Origin: Neocallimastix sp. 'constans'
Lineage: Eukaryota
NCBI GenBank assembly: GCA_050613775.1
Contig: JBODTK010000127.1
Coordinates: 248,001-312,000, forward strand
DNA length: 64,000 bases
Direction of reading: 5' to 3'
Of the stretch, positions 32,804-46,136 are shown piece by piece. The position numbers and the translations under genes are program-made. Every line of letters starts with the position of its first letter. Position 1 is the first letter of the stretch. The notes under the pieces are model-generated. The model was not told the DNA's origin and made no database searches. It saw only the letters and a list, made by a program, of their open reading frames with translations.

Positions 32804-35593
32804 ATGGCAAAAGGAAAGTATTCTTCAAAGTTTGGCAATGTAACTGCTGAACTTTTTAATGATTATTATGAAGATACCAATGCTGTTATTAGAAGGAAAA
32901 TTACTAATAATGCAAATTCTCAAGCTAAGAGCAATGGTGTAAATACCAAACAAAAAAAAGTATTAAAGAAAGAAAGTAATGAAACAAGTAAGAAGGTTAT
33001 TACTAATGCCTTAAAACAAACCGCTAGTTTTCTTAATAACCAAAAATTGTATCAACAAGAATTCCCAACTCTTGGACAATCATATAAATCTACTGTTCAA
33101 AAGCCACAACAACAAATTAAACAAAAGCAACAACAATTAAAGAAGCAACCTCAAAAAATTGATAGTAAATCAATTGCTCCCAGAACATATAGATCCCCAG
33201 CAAATTACACTACAAAACAAACTGAAGAACTTCTTCGTGAATTTTACTCACTCTGCAAAAGTTATGATGGAATGACATACTTCGGTAAAGCTGCTTTCCA
33301 AACAAATTCATGGTCAAAGAATCGTTTAGGACAGTGGGTTAATTCTTGTTCTATCATTTCATCAAGAAATGCTCCAGTTGTACGTAAAATGCAACGTCAA
33401 GCTCCAGTTAAGAAACAACCAATTAAGCAAGTACAACAAGCTCCAGTTAAGAAGCAACCAGTTAAACAATTAAGTAAACAATCAGAAGCTAATTTAATTC
33501 GTGAATTTAATAATATTTGCCAATGCTTCGATGGAATGAATTATTTCGGAAAATCTTCTTTCCAAAAGAATTCATGGTCAAAGAACCGTTCAGGACAGTG
33601 GGTTAATTCTTGTTCTATCATTTCATCAAGAAATGCTCCAGTTGTACGTAAAATGCAACGTCAAGCTCCAGTTAAGAAACAACCAATTAAGCAAGTACAA
33701 CAAGCTCCAGTTAAGAAGCAACCAGTTAAACAATTAAGTAAACAATCAGAAGCTAATTTAATTCGTGAATTTAATAATATTTGCCAATGCTTCGATGGAA
33801 TGAATTATTTCGGAAAATCTTCTTTCCAAAAGAATTCATGGTCAAAGAACCGTTTAGGACAATGGGTTAATTCTTGTTCTATCATTTCATCAAGAAATGC
33901 TCCAGTTGTACGTAAAATGCAACGTCAAGCTCCAGTTAAGAAACAACCAATTAAACAAGTACAACAAGCTCCAGTTAAGAAACAATCAGTTCAACAAAGA
34001 AAAATGAAAATGCAAAATCATAGTATGAAACCAATTATAAACAGTTCAATTACAAAGGAACAACAACAAATGAACCAGAAGTGTATTGTTGCACAGCAAA
34101 ATGCTTCTATGAAATTAAAAAACAAGATCCTTAAACAATTCAGAGAAAAGCAAGAACAGTTAGAAAAAAAAAAGAAAATTGAAGAACAACAAAAAATAAA
34201 GAGACAACAACAAATGAAAATTCAACAAAAAAACACTGAAAGAAAATTGAAACAACAATCAATAAAACAAACAGTTAAGCAACCATCAAGTATTAAGAAG
34301 CAACAAATGCAAAAAGAAAAAATAAGAGTTCAAAAAGCTCTTAAGAATAATGAAAGGACAAATGTTTCAAAAAGAAACACTAGAAGACAATCTGATATGA
34401 CCAGAAGTCAAGAAAAGAAAATTCGTAAGAAGCAGAACTTAATTAGAGCTATTAATAAAAGAATTAGTGAATTAAACGCTGAAAAGAATGAAAACAAAAT
34501 CTTCAATAAAATGGTTAAGCAAAAGACTGAACATATATTAAGACAAAAACAAAAAATTGAAATGCAAAATAAAATTTCAGTTGCTAAAGAACAATCTCAA
34601 TCAAAATTGCGTGAAAAAGAAGCTTATGATAATCAACAAAAACGTATCCAAAGAAAGCTTGCTAAGCAAAAGAAACAGATAAGAAATAAGGTTAATCAAA
34701 ATTCAAGTTTAGAAGCTCAAAAAAAGAGACAATTAGCTGAATTAAAGAACAAATTAACACCAGAACAATACAGTAAGATTCAAAACATTATGCAGCAAAA
34801 AGGTAATCAATCAAAGGAACAAAATGCCAGGCAATTACAATCTGAACAAGCAAAGAAGAGCTGGCAAGAACAAGTTAAAAAGATGAAGGCTAGACAACAA
34901 GATATTCAACAAAAACAACAAAAACAAAATTTAGTAAAGAGAAGATTCGAAAGTATTAAGAGAAAATTAACACCCAAACAACAAGAAAATTTAATGAAAC
35001 AACTCAAAATGAAAGAACAACAAAAGAAAGATGAATTCAAGAACCATCAACCAAGAGCTAACAACAACAAAGGATTTGTTAAGAAACAAAATATTCAAAA
35101 ACAAATTACAAAGCAACAACCAATTAGACAAATGAAACAATCTATTAACAAGAAGCAAATGACAAAGAAGACTGAAATTTGGACATTTGTCAGTAACAAA
35201 AAAAATACAAAGACACAAATGCCAGTACAAAAGCAAATTAAGAAAACTGTTCAAAAGCAAGTTCAACAAAAAGCTAATAAAGGTACAAAGAGTACCATTA
35301 ACACTAGACCAATAAATTCTTCAGAAATTAAAATCTTCAACAATGAATTTGCTGATTTGTGTAACATGTTTGAAATCTCTAAATACTTAACCTACTCTAA
35401 CTATAAGACCTGGAGCAAGAATAAGTCTGGAAAGTACGTTTCTAATGCTTCTGTTATTGCTGCTAGAAACGCCCCAAGAATGACAAGGGGTTTATCTAAG
35501 CAAATGAACTTCAGTAAAAACAATACTAAGAAGACTCAAAATGCCAAACCCCAACAAGTCAGAAACAACAAGAATAATAAATCCAGATTTTAA
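32804..35593 (+). CDS. Uncharacterised 929-aa basic Gln/Lys-rich protein with four copies of an approximately 55-aa aromatic/Cys motif
   Basis: 2.8-kb uninterrupted ORF, A-rich start context, coding-like composition, internal 264-bp tandem repeats. Confidence 0.9.
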   Translation: MAKGKYSSKFGNVTAELFNDYYEDTNAVIRRKITNNANSQAKSNGVNTKQKKVLKKESNETSKKVITNALKQTASFLNNQKLYQQEFPTLGQSYKSTVQKPQQQIKQKQQQLKKQPQKIDSKSIAPRTYRSPANYTTKQTEELLREFYSLCKSYDGMTYFGKAAFQTNSWSKNRLGQWVNSCSIISSRNAPVVRKMQRQAPVKKQPIKQVQQAPVKKQPVKQLSKQSEANLIREFNNICQCFDGMNYFGKSSFQKNSWSKNRSGQWVNSCSIISSRNAPVVRKMQRQAPVKKQPIKQVQQAPVKKQPVKQLSKQSEANLIREFNNICQCFDGMNYFGKSSFQKNSWSKNRLGQWVNSCSIISSRNAPVVRKMQRQAPVKKQPIKQVQQAPVKKQSVQQRKMKMQNHSMKPIINSSITKEQQQMNQKCIVAQQNASMKLKNKILKQFREKQEQLEKKKKIEEQQKIKRQQQMKIQQKNTERKLKQQSIKQTVKQPSSIKKQQMQKEKIRVQKALKNNERTNVSKRNTRRQSDMTRSQEKKIRKKQNLIRAINKRISELNAEKNENKIFNKMVKQKTEHILRQKQKIEMQNKISVAKEQSQSKLREKEAYDNQQKRIQRKLAKQKKQIRNKVNQNSSLEAQKKRQLAELKNKLTPEQYSKIQNIMQQKGNQSKEQNARQLQSEQAKKSWQEQVKKMKARQQDIQQKQQKQNLVKRRFESIKRKLTPKQQENLMKQLKMKEQQKKDEFKNHQPRANNNKGFVKKQNIQKQITKQQPIRQMKQSINKKQMTKKTEIWTFVSNKKNTKTQMPVQKQIKKTVQKQVQQKANKGTKSTINTRPINSSEIKIFNNEFADLCNMFEISKYLTYSNYKTWSKNKSGKYVSNASVIAARNAPRMTRGLSKQMNFSKNNTKKTQNAKPQQVRNNKNNKSRF

Positions 35594-35758
35594 ATAGTTT
35601 AAAATTGTATTTTATGTAAAAAAAATTTATATTAGTTATAAATTAAAAACAAAAAATATTTTTAAAAAATTATGTGTTATTAAATTGTTATTAACCTAAT
35701 CGATATTAAATTGTTATTAATATAATTGATATTATTTTTTTACAAAAAAAAATACAAA

Positions 35759-35790
<32 letters not shown>

Positions 35791-36858
35791 AATTTTATAT
35801 TGAATAAAATTTTTTAAAAACAATTATTTTTATATTTATATATGTGTATAATAAATGTAAAAAATTTAAAGATTTATATTTTTTTCTTATTTTTACAACG
35901 AAGTTTTGTATCTTTATTTGATATAAAAATTTAAAGATTTATATTTTTTTCTTATTTTTACAACGAAGTTTTGTATCTTTATTTGATATGATATTATGCA
36001 TAGTATCTATATTGTATTTTGAAATAATATACATAGGTAAATTTTTAATATTTTATAAATATATTATATGAATATACATATATTAATATTACATTAGTAT
36101 TAAATAATGATAATGATTAATTTATTAATAATATAATATAATTATGACCTTCTTTATTGAATTTTTTCTTAAAACTAAAAAATTTTAATAAAAAAATTAT
36201 AGAAAAATAAAATATTGAAAATAAAATAAAAAAAAATACAATAAAAATATAAAGTAATAAATAATAAAAATTAAAATTAAAATTAAAATAATTATACTAT
36301 ATTCACTTTTATATAACTTATATATTAGATATTTGACACAAAAACCAAAATTTTATAAATATTTAAAATAGTTTATACAATATTATTATCTTTAAGTTTT
36401 AATAGATTAATACTCTAAAAACTATTAGCATTAAAACCAAAAATAAATATAATTATATAAATATTAATTATTCATTATAAAAAATTTATGAAATCTTAAT
36501 AATAAATTATTTATAAATAAATTGTGAAACTAAAAAATTTTAATAAAAAAAATTATAGAAAAATAAAATATTGAAAATAAAATAAAAAAAACACAATAAA
36601 AATATAAGGTAATAATAAAAAAAAAAATTACTACAAAAATAATTTTAAAAATTTTTTAAAATAAAAATTTTTTTTTGTAAATAACAATTTATTATATAAT
36701 ATATTAAAAGATTATTTATTCATATATTTATTTGAAAAATTATTGATTATTATTTTTCTAGCCAATCAAATCGTAGTTAATTTTTTGAAAAGAAATTAAG
36801 ATTTCTGCAAAAATATTTTTCTTTCTCTCACATTTTTGCACGTAGAAATTGTATTAAA

Positions 36859-37405
36859 ATGGTATATATATGAGTTTTGAAATATTGAATGAATGAATTA
36901 ATAATGTTATAGTTAATACTAATGAATTTTTTTTTTTTTTTTCGATTCATCCATCAAAATAATTTTGTATTATTATTTAATATATTTAAATTTGTTGTTG
37001 ATAATTAAAAGCCAAAGCAAGTCAAAGAAATCAAGGATTTCCTTATCATTGCCAGACGCAAGGACGCCCAATGTAATTTTTAAAAACTACATATTTATTT
37101 TTAATTTAATATAAAATTATAATTTTTTTAAATTACTAATAAAATTTATTTAAAATGACAATAAATAGCTGTTAAGATTAAAAAGAACAACAGACAAACC
37201 AAATTCAAGGTTAGATGTTCTAAGTATCTCTACACCCTTGTCGTCAACGACCAATCTAAAGTTAAAAAGCTTAGACAAAGCTTACCACCAGGTAATTTAT
37301 TAAAATTTAAATATAACTGTATTTTAAAAGTTAATTATTATTTATATTATATTAACTTTTTTTATTAAATTATACATTATAGAACTTAAGGTCATCAACA
37401 TTTAA
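36859..37405 (+). CDS. RPL38: 60S ribosomal protein eL38; exons 36859-36861, 37012-37072, 37169-37291, 37383-37405
   Basis: Spliced product [69 protein letters not shown]; missed by the ORF track. Confidence 0.95.
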
Positions 37406-39384
37406 AAAATTTGACTATATTTTTTTATTCTGGAAAACGTGCATTTAAATAAATAAAGTTATTTAAACCGTAAATCAATTTATTCAGTATACAGTGAATA
37501 ATAATGTGTATTGTTTCAATTTTATTTTTTTGGATGAATATATAAAGTAAAATTACAATTAAAATTTCAAATTTGGAATTATTTGGTATTATTTAATAGA
37601 AAAAGTTACAAAAGTGATAGATACAAATTAATAAAAGAAAATTTTTGAGTATAATTAAATTTTATTATTAAAATAATAAAATATAATGAATGTGTGTGAA
37701 ATATTGCAAGATATTTATTGAAAAATTAGCATTTATTGACAAAATTAGAAGTTTTGAAAAATAATTGAGCAAAAAGAAAATATTTTAGACTTAAGTATAT
37801 ATAATGTAATAATTTTTCTTTATTTAAAAAAGTATGTTTTTTTTTTATTTGTATTTAACAATTTATTTTAGATATTCAGAAATTATTAAATGATATAGAG
37901 TTTGGAACTCAGATACTTCAAATAATATAATCATAGTTTTGTTAAATATAAATGGTAATAATTAGAATTTATTTTATCATTTTGTAGTTACAATTGTTGA
38001 CATTTTAATTAAAAAATTTAACTTATATGCAGTTATTATTTTCTTAGGTTTATAGATTAATAGTTTTTTTATTTGGCCAAAATAATGAAATAATTCATTA
38101 AATATATTTATAGTAATATTGGTAATAATCTTTTTTTTTTTTTTGGTTATATTTTATATTATAATAATATAAAAAAATTATAATGTTAATTTATTTTAAA
38201 TTATTTTTTTTTAGCATTCAATGGATTATAAAAGATTTAATATATTTTTTATATCAGTTTCTATATTTTAATTTAGATATTAGCATACATTTGTGAATTT
38301 ATTTTTCACTAAAGATTATAGGAACTATATTCTTTTTTCTACTATTAATAAATATTCTAAATTATTGTGGATTTGAAACGGAGTTAATAATTAATATTAT
38401 AATAACTAATGAACCGTATCTCTCTGATATGACCTAAAAAATTAACTATTTCGATTAATTATATTTTAGAATATTTGATTAGATTATAAAAATTCTTTTT
38501 TTACTTAAAATAAGTTTGATGTTTTATAATGTTTAGTACTAATATCAATTAAATTCCGATTGTACATAATTCCATTATTTTCTACATTATAATTAATAAA
38601 TATATATGTACATAATAATAATTTTAATTCTCACATATACTAAAAATTATTAATAAAATTTACTAATTCAACATCTTTATATTATTTTTTATTATTATTA
38701 TTTTATTTTATTGCTATTGAATTTATTATAAATACTATTTTCTTATTTGCCTTTTTTTTTTTTACTATTTTTATTTTTTTTTTTATAAATTTATTTTATT
38801 TTATTATATTTTATTATTTTTATTATTATTCATCCTTTATACATAAATTACTAGAGTATATATTAAATATAAAATAGAATTAACATGAACACTACTCACA
38901 ACAAAAAATATACATGTATAGTATTTTATTCTTACCAAAATTATTATGAACCATTCTAATTTATGAAAAGGCGCGAAATAATTTTCATTATTTATTTTAA
39001 ACTGGATATGTAGTAACATTGGAGTTGTATAATCAATAATATCATGTAGTTTCTATATATTATTATTGTAATGAATCTATTGTATTTTTTACTTTAGCAT
39101 TATTCTGTAAATGTATTTTTCTAAAGTATTATATAAATATTTTTCTAAAGTATTATTTAAACTCTTATGTAGCTATTGTAAAAGGGAAATGAAGGAGACT
39201 GATTCACTCCAAAGCTTATGTTTAAGACATTATTTAACCGATGGGAATTTTTTCGTAGTCCTTCACTACTAACATTTTATTTACATTTTCATTTTAGTTT
39301 ATTTATGAGTACTATAGAGAAAATTATTTTATCAATCAAAGATTTACTAATCGAATAGAATTTCAGAAACTCAAAAGATAACAG

Positions 39385-39419
<35 letters not shown>

Positions 39420-39639
39420 ATCATTCATTACACCAAAATTCATAAATTGTTTAATTGTCTATTTTACTTAAATATTTATCAATTACTGCACAAAGAAAAA
39501 ACTTCATATTTTTATTATTTTAATTTTTTTATTCCATTTTTTTTTTTTTTTTTATTTTTTATGTATATTTATATTTCTTAGTTTTTAGTATTTTAGTTTT
39601 TATTAGTTTCGTTTTTCATCAATTGTAATTTATAGTTCA

Positions 39640-40941
39640 TTATGGAAAATATATTTCAACAAGGTTCTCACTGTTATGGAACATCTATTGACAGCATAAG
39701 ATTGATTTTTATCCGTAGTATATACTCATGGACCAATTCTAAAATGAAGGAATTTATTTATTCAAGATGCAAAAAATAAAATAATAAAGCTCCTAGCCCC
39801 GATGATATTACGATTGAATTTTTTAAAGCCTTCTTTAGTGAATCTGATTTATCCGATAATCAAAACGATTCTTCAGATGTTCACTACTCTGATTGTGCTA
39901 AATGTTAACTTTCATTATTTAAAAAAGTCTGAGATGGTGATTTCCCTGAAAAGTGAAATTCGGCTTCTATAATATAAATTCCAAAAAAAGGAGATCTTTC
40001 AGATTGTAATAATTATCGAGGTATTTCTCTTATTAATGTAGGCTTAAAAATCATTTCAAAAATTGTTACTAATAGAATTGCTAAATATGCTTTAGACCAT
40101 AAATTTGTTAGACCTGAACAATTTGGATTTAGAAATAAGGAAGAATGTATAAGTTTTTATATTTCAATTAAGGAAATATGTCACATTATTCATAGACTAA
40201 AGAATTAAAGACTTTAGATAAGAAATTAAATAGTAAAAAAACAAGTGAAATAATAAAGATTTATTGGGAAAGAGATGTCTTCAAACCCTCAAAAGCTAAA
40301 AAAGCAATTATTTACAAAGAGAATGATTTTGGATTTATTTCAAAAATCAAAGACTTAATATTTCAATATCCTAAGTATCATTTAGGATTCTTGTAGATTT
40401 CTCGAATTAGGTGTGGTTTTAAATTTGACATTAGTATTTCCATTAAAAGAAAAATAGTCTCAGAAGATTGCCCTAAATGTTGCCCATGTTATGGTGGTTG
40501 TGGTGTTAGTGTACCTAACTTTTCTCACTGGATCTTTGCCTGTAAAGAATTAGAAAATTACAGAAACAAATCTCTACCATTTCTAGATGATCTCTTTTTG
40601 AAGTTTTCAATGATAATTGAACAAAAATCCTTGGATGTTTCTTTAGATTCAGAAAATGATTATGATAATAATATTCATCACTTTATATTGAGTACTCTTC
40701 TTGGTGGGCGTTCAATATATGAAAAAATTAAACTTAATGAAGGGGAACAAAGACAATTAGTTGACAATATTTTTAAATAAAGTTCAACTTTGTCGACTGT
40801 TCCGTATTTTGTGGGGATTGCGGAGTTTCTAACAAATGTAATATCGTTAATTTGTTGATCTCTTATATTGATGATGAAATGGTATTTCGATGAATCTAAC
40901 GTTGCTAAGAGCGTCGACATCAAAATGATAAGGTATGGATC
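39640..40941 (+). mobile_element. Degenerate non-LTR (LINE) retrotransposon ORF2 fragment
   Basis: NKAPSPDDI, IPKKGDLSDCNNYRGISLIN, EQFGFR; internal deletion; C-terminal CPKCCPC...HWIFAC. Confidence 0.9.
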
Positions 40942-41432
40942 CAAAATAACAAGAAATATAAATAAAAAAAAAATACCTCCAGACGTAACAACATTTAATA
41001 CAATTCCGAATGAATCAGAATAGTATAAAACAGAAAGTAATGAAAATTTTATGATATTCAAAAATTCTAATATTAGTATTTTTTAGTCATCAATCCAAGC
41101 AAAATTATTTATATAATACAATATAAATATTTTTGCAGATGGTACATTTAAAATTGCATCAAAATGTGTTTATCAAGCGTTCATTACTAGAACTTATGTT
41201 AAGGAATTAAATAGTTTTACACAATTTCCTTTTCGATATTAAAAACTAAAGAACAAAGAACTTATGAAGTATTATTTGAATAAATAATGAAAAATTCCAA
41301 AATGAATAATAATATTATAATTACACCAAAAATTTTCATTGTGGTTTTGAAAAAGGTATATCTATGTTGCTAAAAAAGTGTTTCCTGATATAAATATCAA
41401 ATACCGTACTTGGCTTTATAAAAGAGCGTTAG

Positions 41433-41486
<54 letters not shown>

Positions 41487-42587
41487 AAATAAAATATGTC
41501 GTAAAGAAGTAGAAAATAATATTGATTTATATATTCATTATAAGTTTATTTCAAACTTTCCTTTTATAAACCCTGAATATATAAATGATATTTATAATAA
41601 ATTAAAATGAGTTTCTTAAACATAAATATAATAATTTTTTGGAATTTTTAGAACACTTTGAAATAACTTATTTAAAAGATTATGAAATTAAACATTGGAA
41701 TTATTATGATAATATTGAGCATGTAACAAATAATGCCTCAGAATCATTCAACAATTATTTAAACAATTTATTTCCAAAAAAGCCACATTTTTATAAATTT
41801 TTATTAACTTTACAAAAAGTAGATTCATTATTCAGTGACGATTATAAAATGAGAAAAAGTGAAGCTTGGGAAAAAAAAAAAAAAAAAAAAACCTAAAAAA
41901 AAATAAGACGAACTGATGAAATAAATGCAATGAATGCCTTAATTAAATATTACAAAAATATGGAAATTTCATTAAAAAAAGAAAAAAGAAAAAGAAATGA
42001 AATCGTTGAATTTTAATTGAAGTGTTTAAGAGATTTAAGCATTAAAATTATTAATTAAAAAATAAATAACTAGTATTTAACGAAAAAATGACCAAATGAA
42101 AATGATCAATAAAATTTGTCGAATTATAATTAATTAATAGTTAAAATAGTTCTTAATAAAAAAACCAGTGAATTGGATTTTTTAATTAACAACATAATTG
42201 TTTAATAATTTTAATATTTTTATATAAATAGGAATTTAAATATACATTATTATCTTAAAAGAAATAATAATATATTTTTTCAATTATATATTATTAAATA
42301 ATTATTTCAAAAGAAATTTATAATATATTTTTACAATTAATTATACGAACGTGTTGCAACTCTCCCGATTATTTTTAATATTTAATTATAAAAAATATAT
42401 TTATAATACTTATTTAATAATCAATATTATTTTAATACTATATATTTTTTTTAATATTTACTTTAAGAAAAAGAATAAATAAAATAAATATTATTAATAA
42501 TTTATTTTATTTATTTCTTCATAATAATTTTCAATTGCTGAAATTCAACATTATAATAATACGCCACTTGGCGAAATGCACCACTCC
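40938..42587 (+). mobile_element. 5'-truncated Mutator-like element (transposase pseudogene plus right TIR)
   Basis: FADGTF and TNNASESFN motifs; homologous to 44702-46136; ends GGCGAAATGCACCACTCC. Confidence 0.85.
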
Positions 42588-43251
42588 TGCATTTCGCAAT
42601 CGTGTATTTTGCAATATGGCTTATAAATATTTTAACATTTTAAAGATATTCTATACAATCATAAATATATAAATAATTTTTGCAATTAAATATTAATAAG
42701 TATTTCAAAAGAAATAATAATATATTCTATTAAAAAAGAATAATAAAAATTATTTTTGCAATTGAATATATAAAAAAGAATATTTATTATTTATTTAATA
42801 ATTATTTATTTAATTACTATTTATATAATTATTATTTATTTAATTATTATTTATTTAATTATTATTTATTTAATTATTATTTATTTAATTATTATTTATT
42901 TAATTATTATTTATTTAATTATTATTTATTTAATTATTATTTATTTAATTATTAAAAAACAAGCCACATTTTGAAATTCACGATTGAGAAATGAATGGGG
43001 AATTTCTCCAGGTTGTATTTCGCCAGTTTTTTGAAAGCATGTAGAGGGAGGTGTGTCATTTCGAAAATTTTTATTACATAAATTTGTATTTTGTTGTAGT
43101 GCATTTCGGAAAACATGGCGTATTATAATGTAATAAATAAATAAATGAATAAATAAATTATAAATGAATAAATAAATTTTTAAATAATAATAAAAATAAT
43201 TAAGACAAACGTTTATTATGACTAAAAAATTTTTTTTTAGAAAATCAAATA

Positions 43252-43289
<38 letters not shown>

Positions 43290-43390
43290 CTACATATATA
43301 AAATAATTATTATATTTTTTTTATTTTATTTTAAATATTATTAATTATTATTAATACATTAATACCTTGTTTATATTATCAACAGAAAAT

Positions 43391-44110
43391 ACAGATTGAA
43401 TAAAATGAAATAAAATGAAATAAAATGAAATAAATAGTAGAAACATAAATATAAGTACAGATTGAATAAAATAAAATAAAATGAAATAAAATGAAATGAA
43501 ATAAAAAGTAGAATATTAAATAAGAAAGTACAGATTGAATAAAATAAAAAGTAGAATATTAAATAAGAAAGTACAGATTGAATAAAATAAAAAGTAGAAT
43601 ATTAAATAAGAAAGTACAGATTGAATAAAATAAAAAGTAAAATATTAAATAAGAAAGTACAGATTGAATAAAATAAAAAGTAGAATATTAAATAAGAAAG
43701 TACAGATTGAATAAAATAAAATAAAATAAAATAAATAGTAGAAATATGAATATAAAGTACAGATTGAATAAAATAAAATAAAATAAATAGTAGAATATAA
43801 ATATAAGTACAGATTGAATAAAATAAAATAAAATAAAATAAAATAAAATAAAATAAAATAAAATAAAATAAAATAAAATAAAATAAAATAAAATAAATAG
43901 TAGAAACATAAATATAAGTACAGATTGAATAAAATAAAATAAAATAAAATAAAATAAAATAAAATAAAATAAAATAAAATAAAATAAAATAAATAGTAGA
44001 AACATAAATATAAGTACAGATTGAATAAAATAAAATAAAATAAAATAAAATAAAATAAAATAAAATAAAATAAAATAAAATAAAATAAAATAAAATAAAA
44101 TAAAATAAAA
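43391..44110. repeat. Minisatellite with core GTACAGATTGAATAAAAT and variable (TAAAA)n
   Basis: More than 10 copies of the core seen directly. Confidence 0.9.
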
Positions 44111-44701
44111 AAAAAAATTATAATAATTATTTTATATATATTGGAATCTTATATATTTTAATTTTTTTTCATTTATTTTTCTTAAAAAAAAAAATTAGTT
44201 ATAATAACGTTTGTCTTTTAATTATTATATTTTATTATAGTAAATAAAAAAATTTAAATGAAAAGTAAATAATTTTAATTATTTATAATTCATATTTTCA
44301 TAAACGATATATATATTTATATTAATTTAAATAATATAAGATTTAAAAATTAAAACAATAAGAGTTGAATAATTGATCCTATTAAAATAATTAATTATTT
44401 GCATAGTAATATTTATAATGTTTGATCAATATGAATCAATTATTATTAAAATATAATAATAACAATTAGAATTTTAATAAAATAATAAAAATCTTTTATT
44501 GAATTTAATAATTTTAATAACATAATTAATTTTGAAAAGTATATTGATATTAATAAAATTTTAACTAGTATCAAATAAATCGGTTTTAGTTATAAATTAC
44601 TTATTAAAAATAACTAAAGATAATTTCTATTAAGATTATTAAATAAACACAATAGGTAAATAAATTTGTGTTTTTCTAGCATTTTTTTAAATTAAGATTA
44701 T

Positions 44702-46136
44702 TTATTTTAAATTAATATTTATATCGTTTAAATCAATTAAACATTCTTTCCATAATTTAATTAATTCATTTCTGTTGCATCCATTATAAAATAAATTTAT
44801 TTCCTTACTTTTGTAATTTTCAATTAAAATTTTAATTTCATCAGTTGCACTAAATATTTTTTGCTTTTTTTTCCAATTTCCTTTAGTTCTCCTTTGATAA
44901 TCATTATAAGATAAGTTTTCTTCTTCTTTTAATATATATATTAATTTATAAAATAAAGGTTTATTTGGAAATATATTATTTAAGTAGCTATTATAAGATT
45001 CTGATGCATTGTTTGTTAAATACTCTATATTTTTATAATAATTCCAATTATTAACATTTTACTTTAGTAAATAATTTTTATTAAAATATTCTAAAAATTG
45101 CAGAAAATTATTATACTTTTTTTTGACAAATTCTTTTTATTATAATATAAATATCAAATATATAGTTAGGGTTTATAAACGGTAAGTTCGAAATAGCTTT
45201 ATAATAAATATATACATCATTATTATTCTTCACTTCATGATAACATAATATATTTTTTTGTTTTTCTAATGATCTTTTGTAATGCCAAACACAATATTTA
45301 ATATTTATATTGGGAAAAACTTTTTTTGCGGCATTAGATATACCTTGTTCAAAATCACAATGAAAATTAATTGTAGTAATTAATGTATTACTCCTAAATT
45401 TATTTGCATTTTTTTTTATTTCTTTAAATAATGTTTCATATGTATATTGTTTTTTACTTTTTAATATAGAAATGGAAGTAGTGTAAAACATATTAAATTC
45501 CCCAACATAAGTTCTTGTTATAAATAACTGATAACTAAATTTCGGTGCTGCATAAAATGTACCGTCCGCAAATATATTTTTATGATAATTCGAAAATAAA
45601 TATGCTTGGAATGGTGATTGAAAGATTATTAGATCAGTATTTTTAAATATCATAAAATTTTCATTTCTTTTCGTTTTATAATATTCTGATTCAATGGGAA
45701 TATCATCAAAACATTTTATGTTTGGAGGAAATTGTTTATTTATATTTCTTATTATTTGGGATCTAATTGTACTATATTCGGGATATATAAGTCCCATTTC
45801 TTGAGAAACAGCATTAAATATATGTTTAGGTTTTATATCCATAGGAATTGAATTTTTTTTAATTTCTTCCTTAATTTTATGCTCTGCTACTGATATAGAC
45901 ACATCAATTTCTTTTTCGAGATGGTTATGTAAACTTTCATATTTTAAAACCTCCTTTTTATCATTTAAAATAATTAAAGATTTACATTTATTTAAAGTCT
46001 TATATTCAGTGCATCTATAAATTTTTGATTTATCTTTCCTTTGTATTGAAATATTAAATTTGTGTTTTTTATTAATAATAATTCGTTCATTTCCTCGATT
46101 TGTTTCACTCATTTCAATTTCTATATTGTCTTCCAT
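44702..46136 (-). pseudogene. MULE transposase with a frameshift near 45120 and a stop near 45060
   Basis: YRC...C...HNH N-terminal zinc region, ADGTF, HCDFE, CVWH, TNNASESYN. Confidence 0.9.

Noticed and set aside
35860..36615. Short local duplications (about 65 bp tandem; about 85 bp dispersed)
   Set aside because: Ordinary slippage-type duplications in AT-rich intergenic DNA.
39181..39275. Possible ribozyme or snoRNA (TGAAGGAGACT pairing with AGTCCTTCA)
   Set aside because: No hammerhead core or clear snoRNA boxes; the minus strand reads as an open frame, more like a decayed exon.
37680..39300. Exon-like degraded fragments on both strands
   Set aside because: No recognisable protein family and too many stops to call.
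43391..44110. CRISPR-like repeat/spacer appearance
   Set aside because: Spacers are low-complexity and mutually related, there are no cas genes and the context is eukaryotic; it is a minisatellite.
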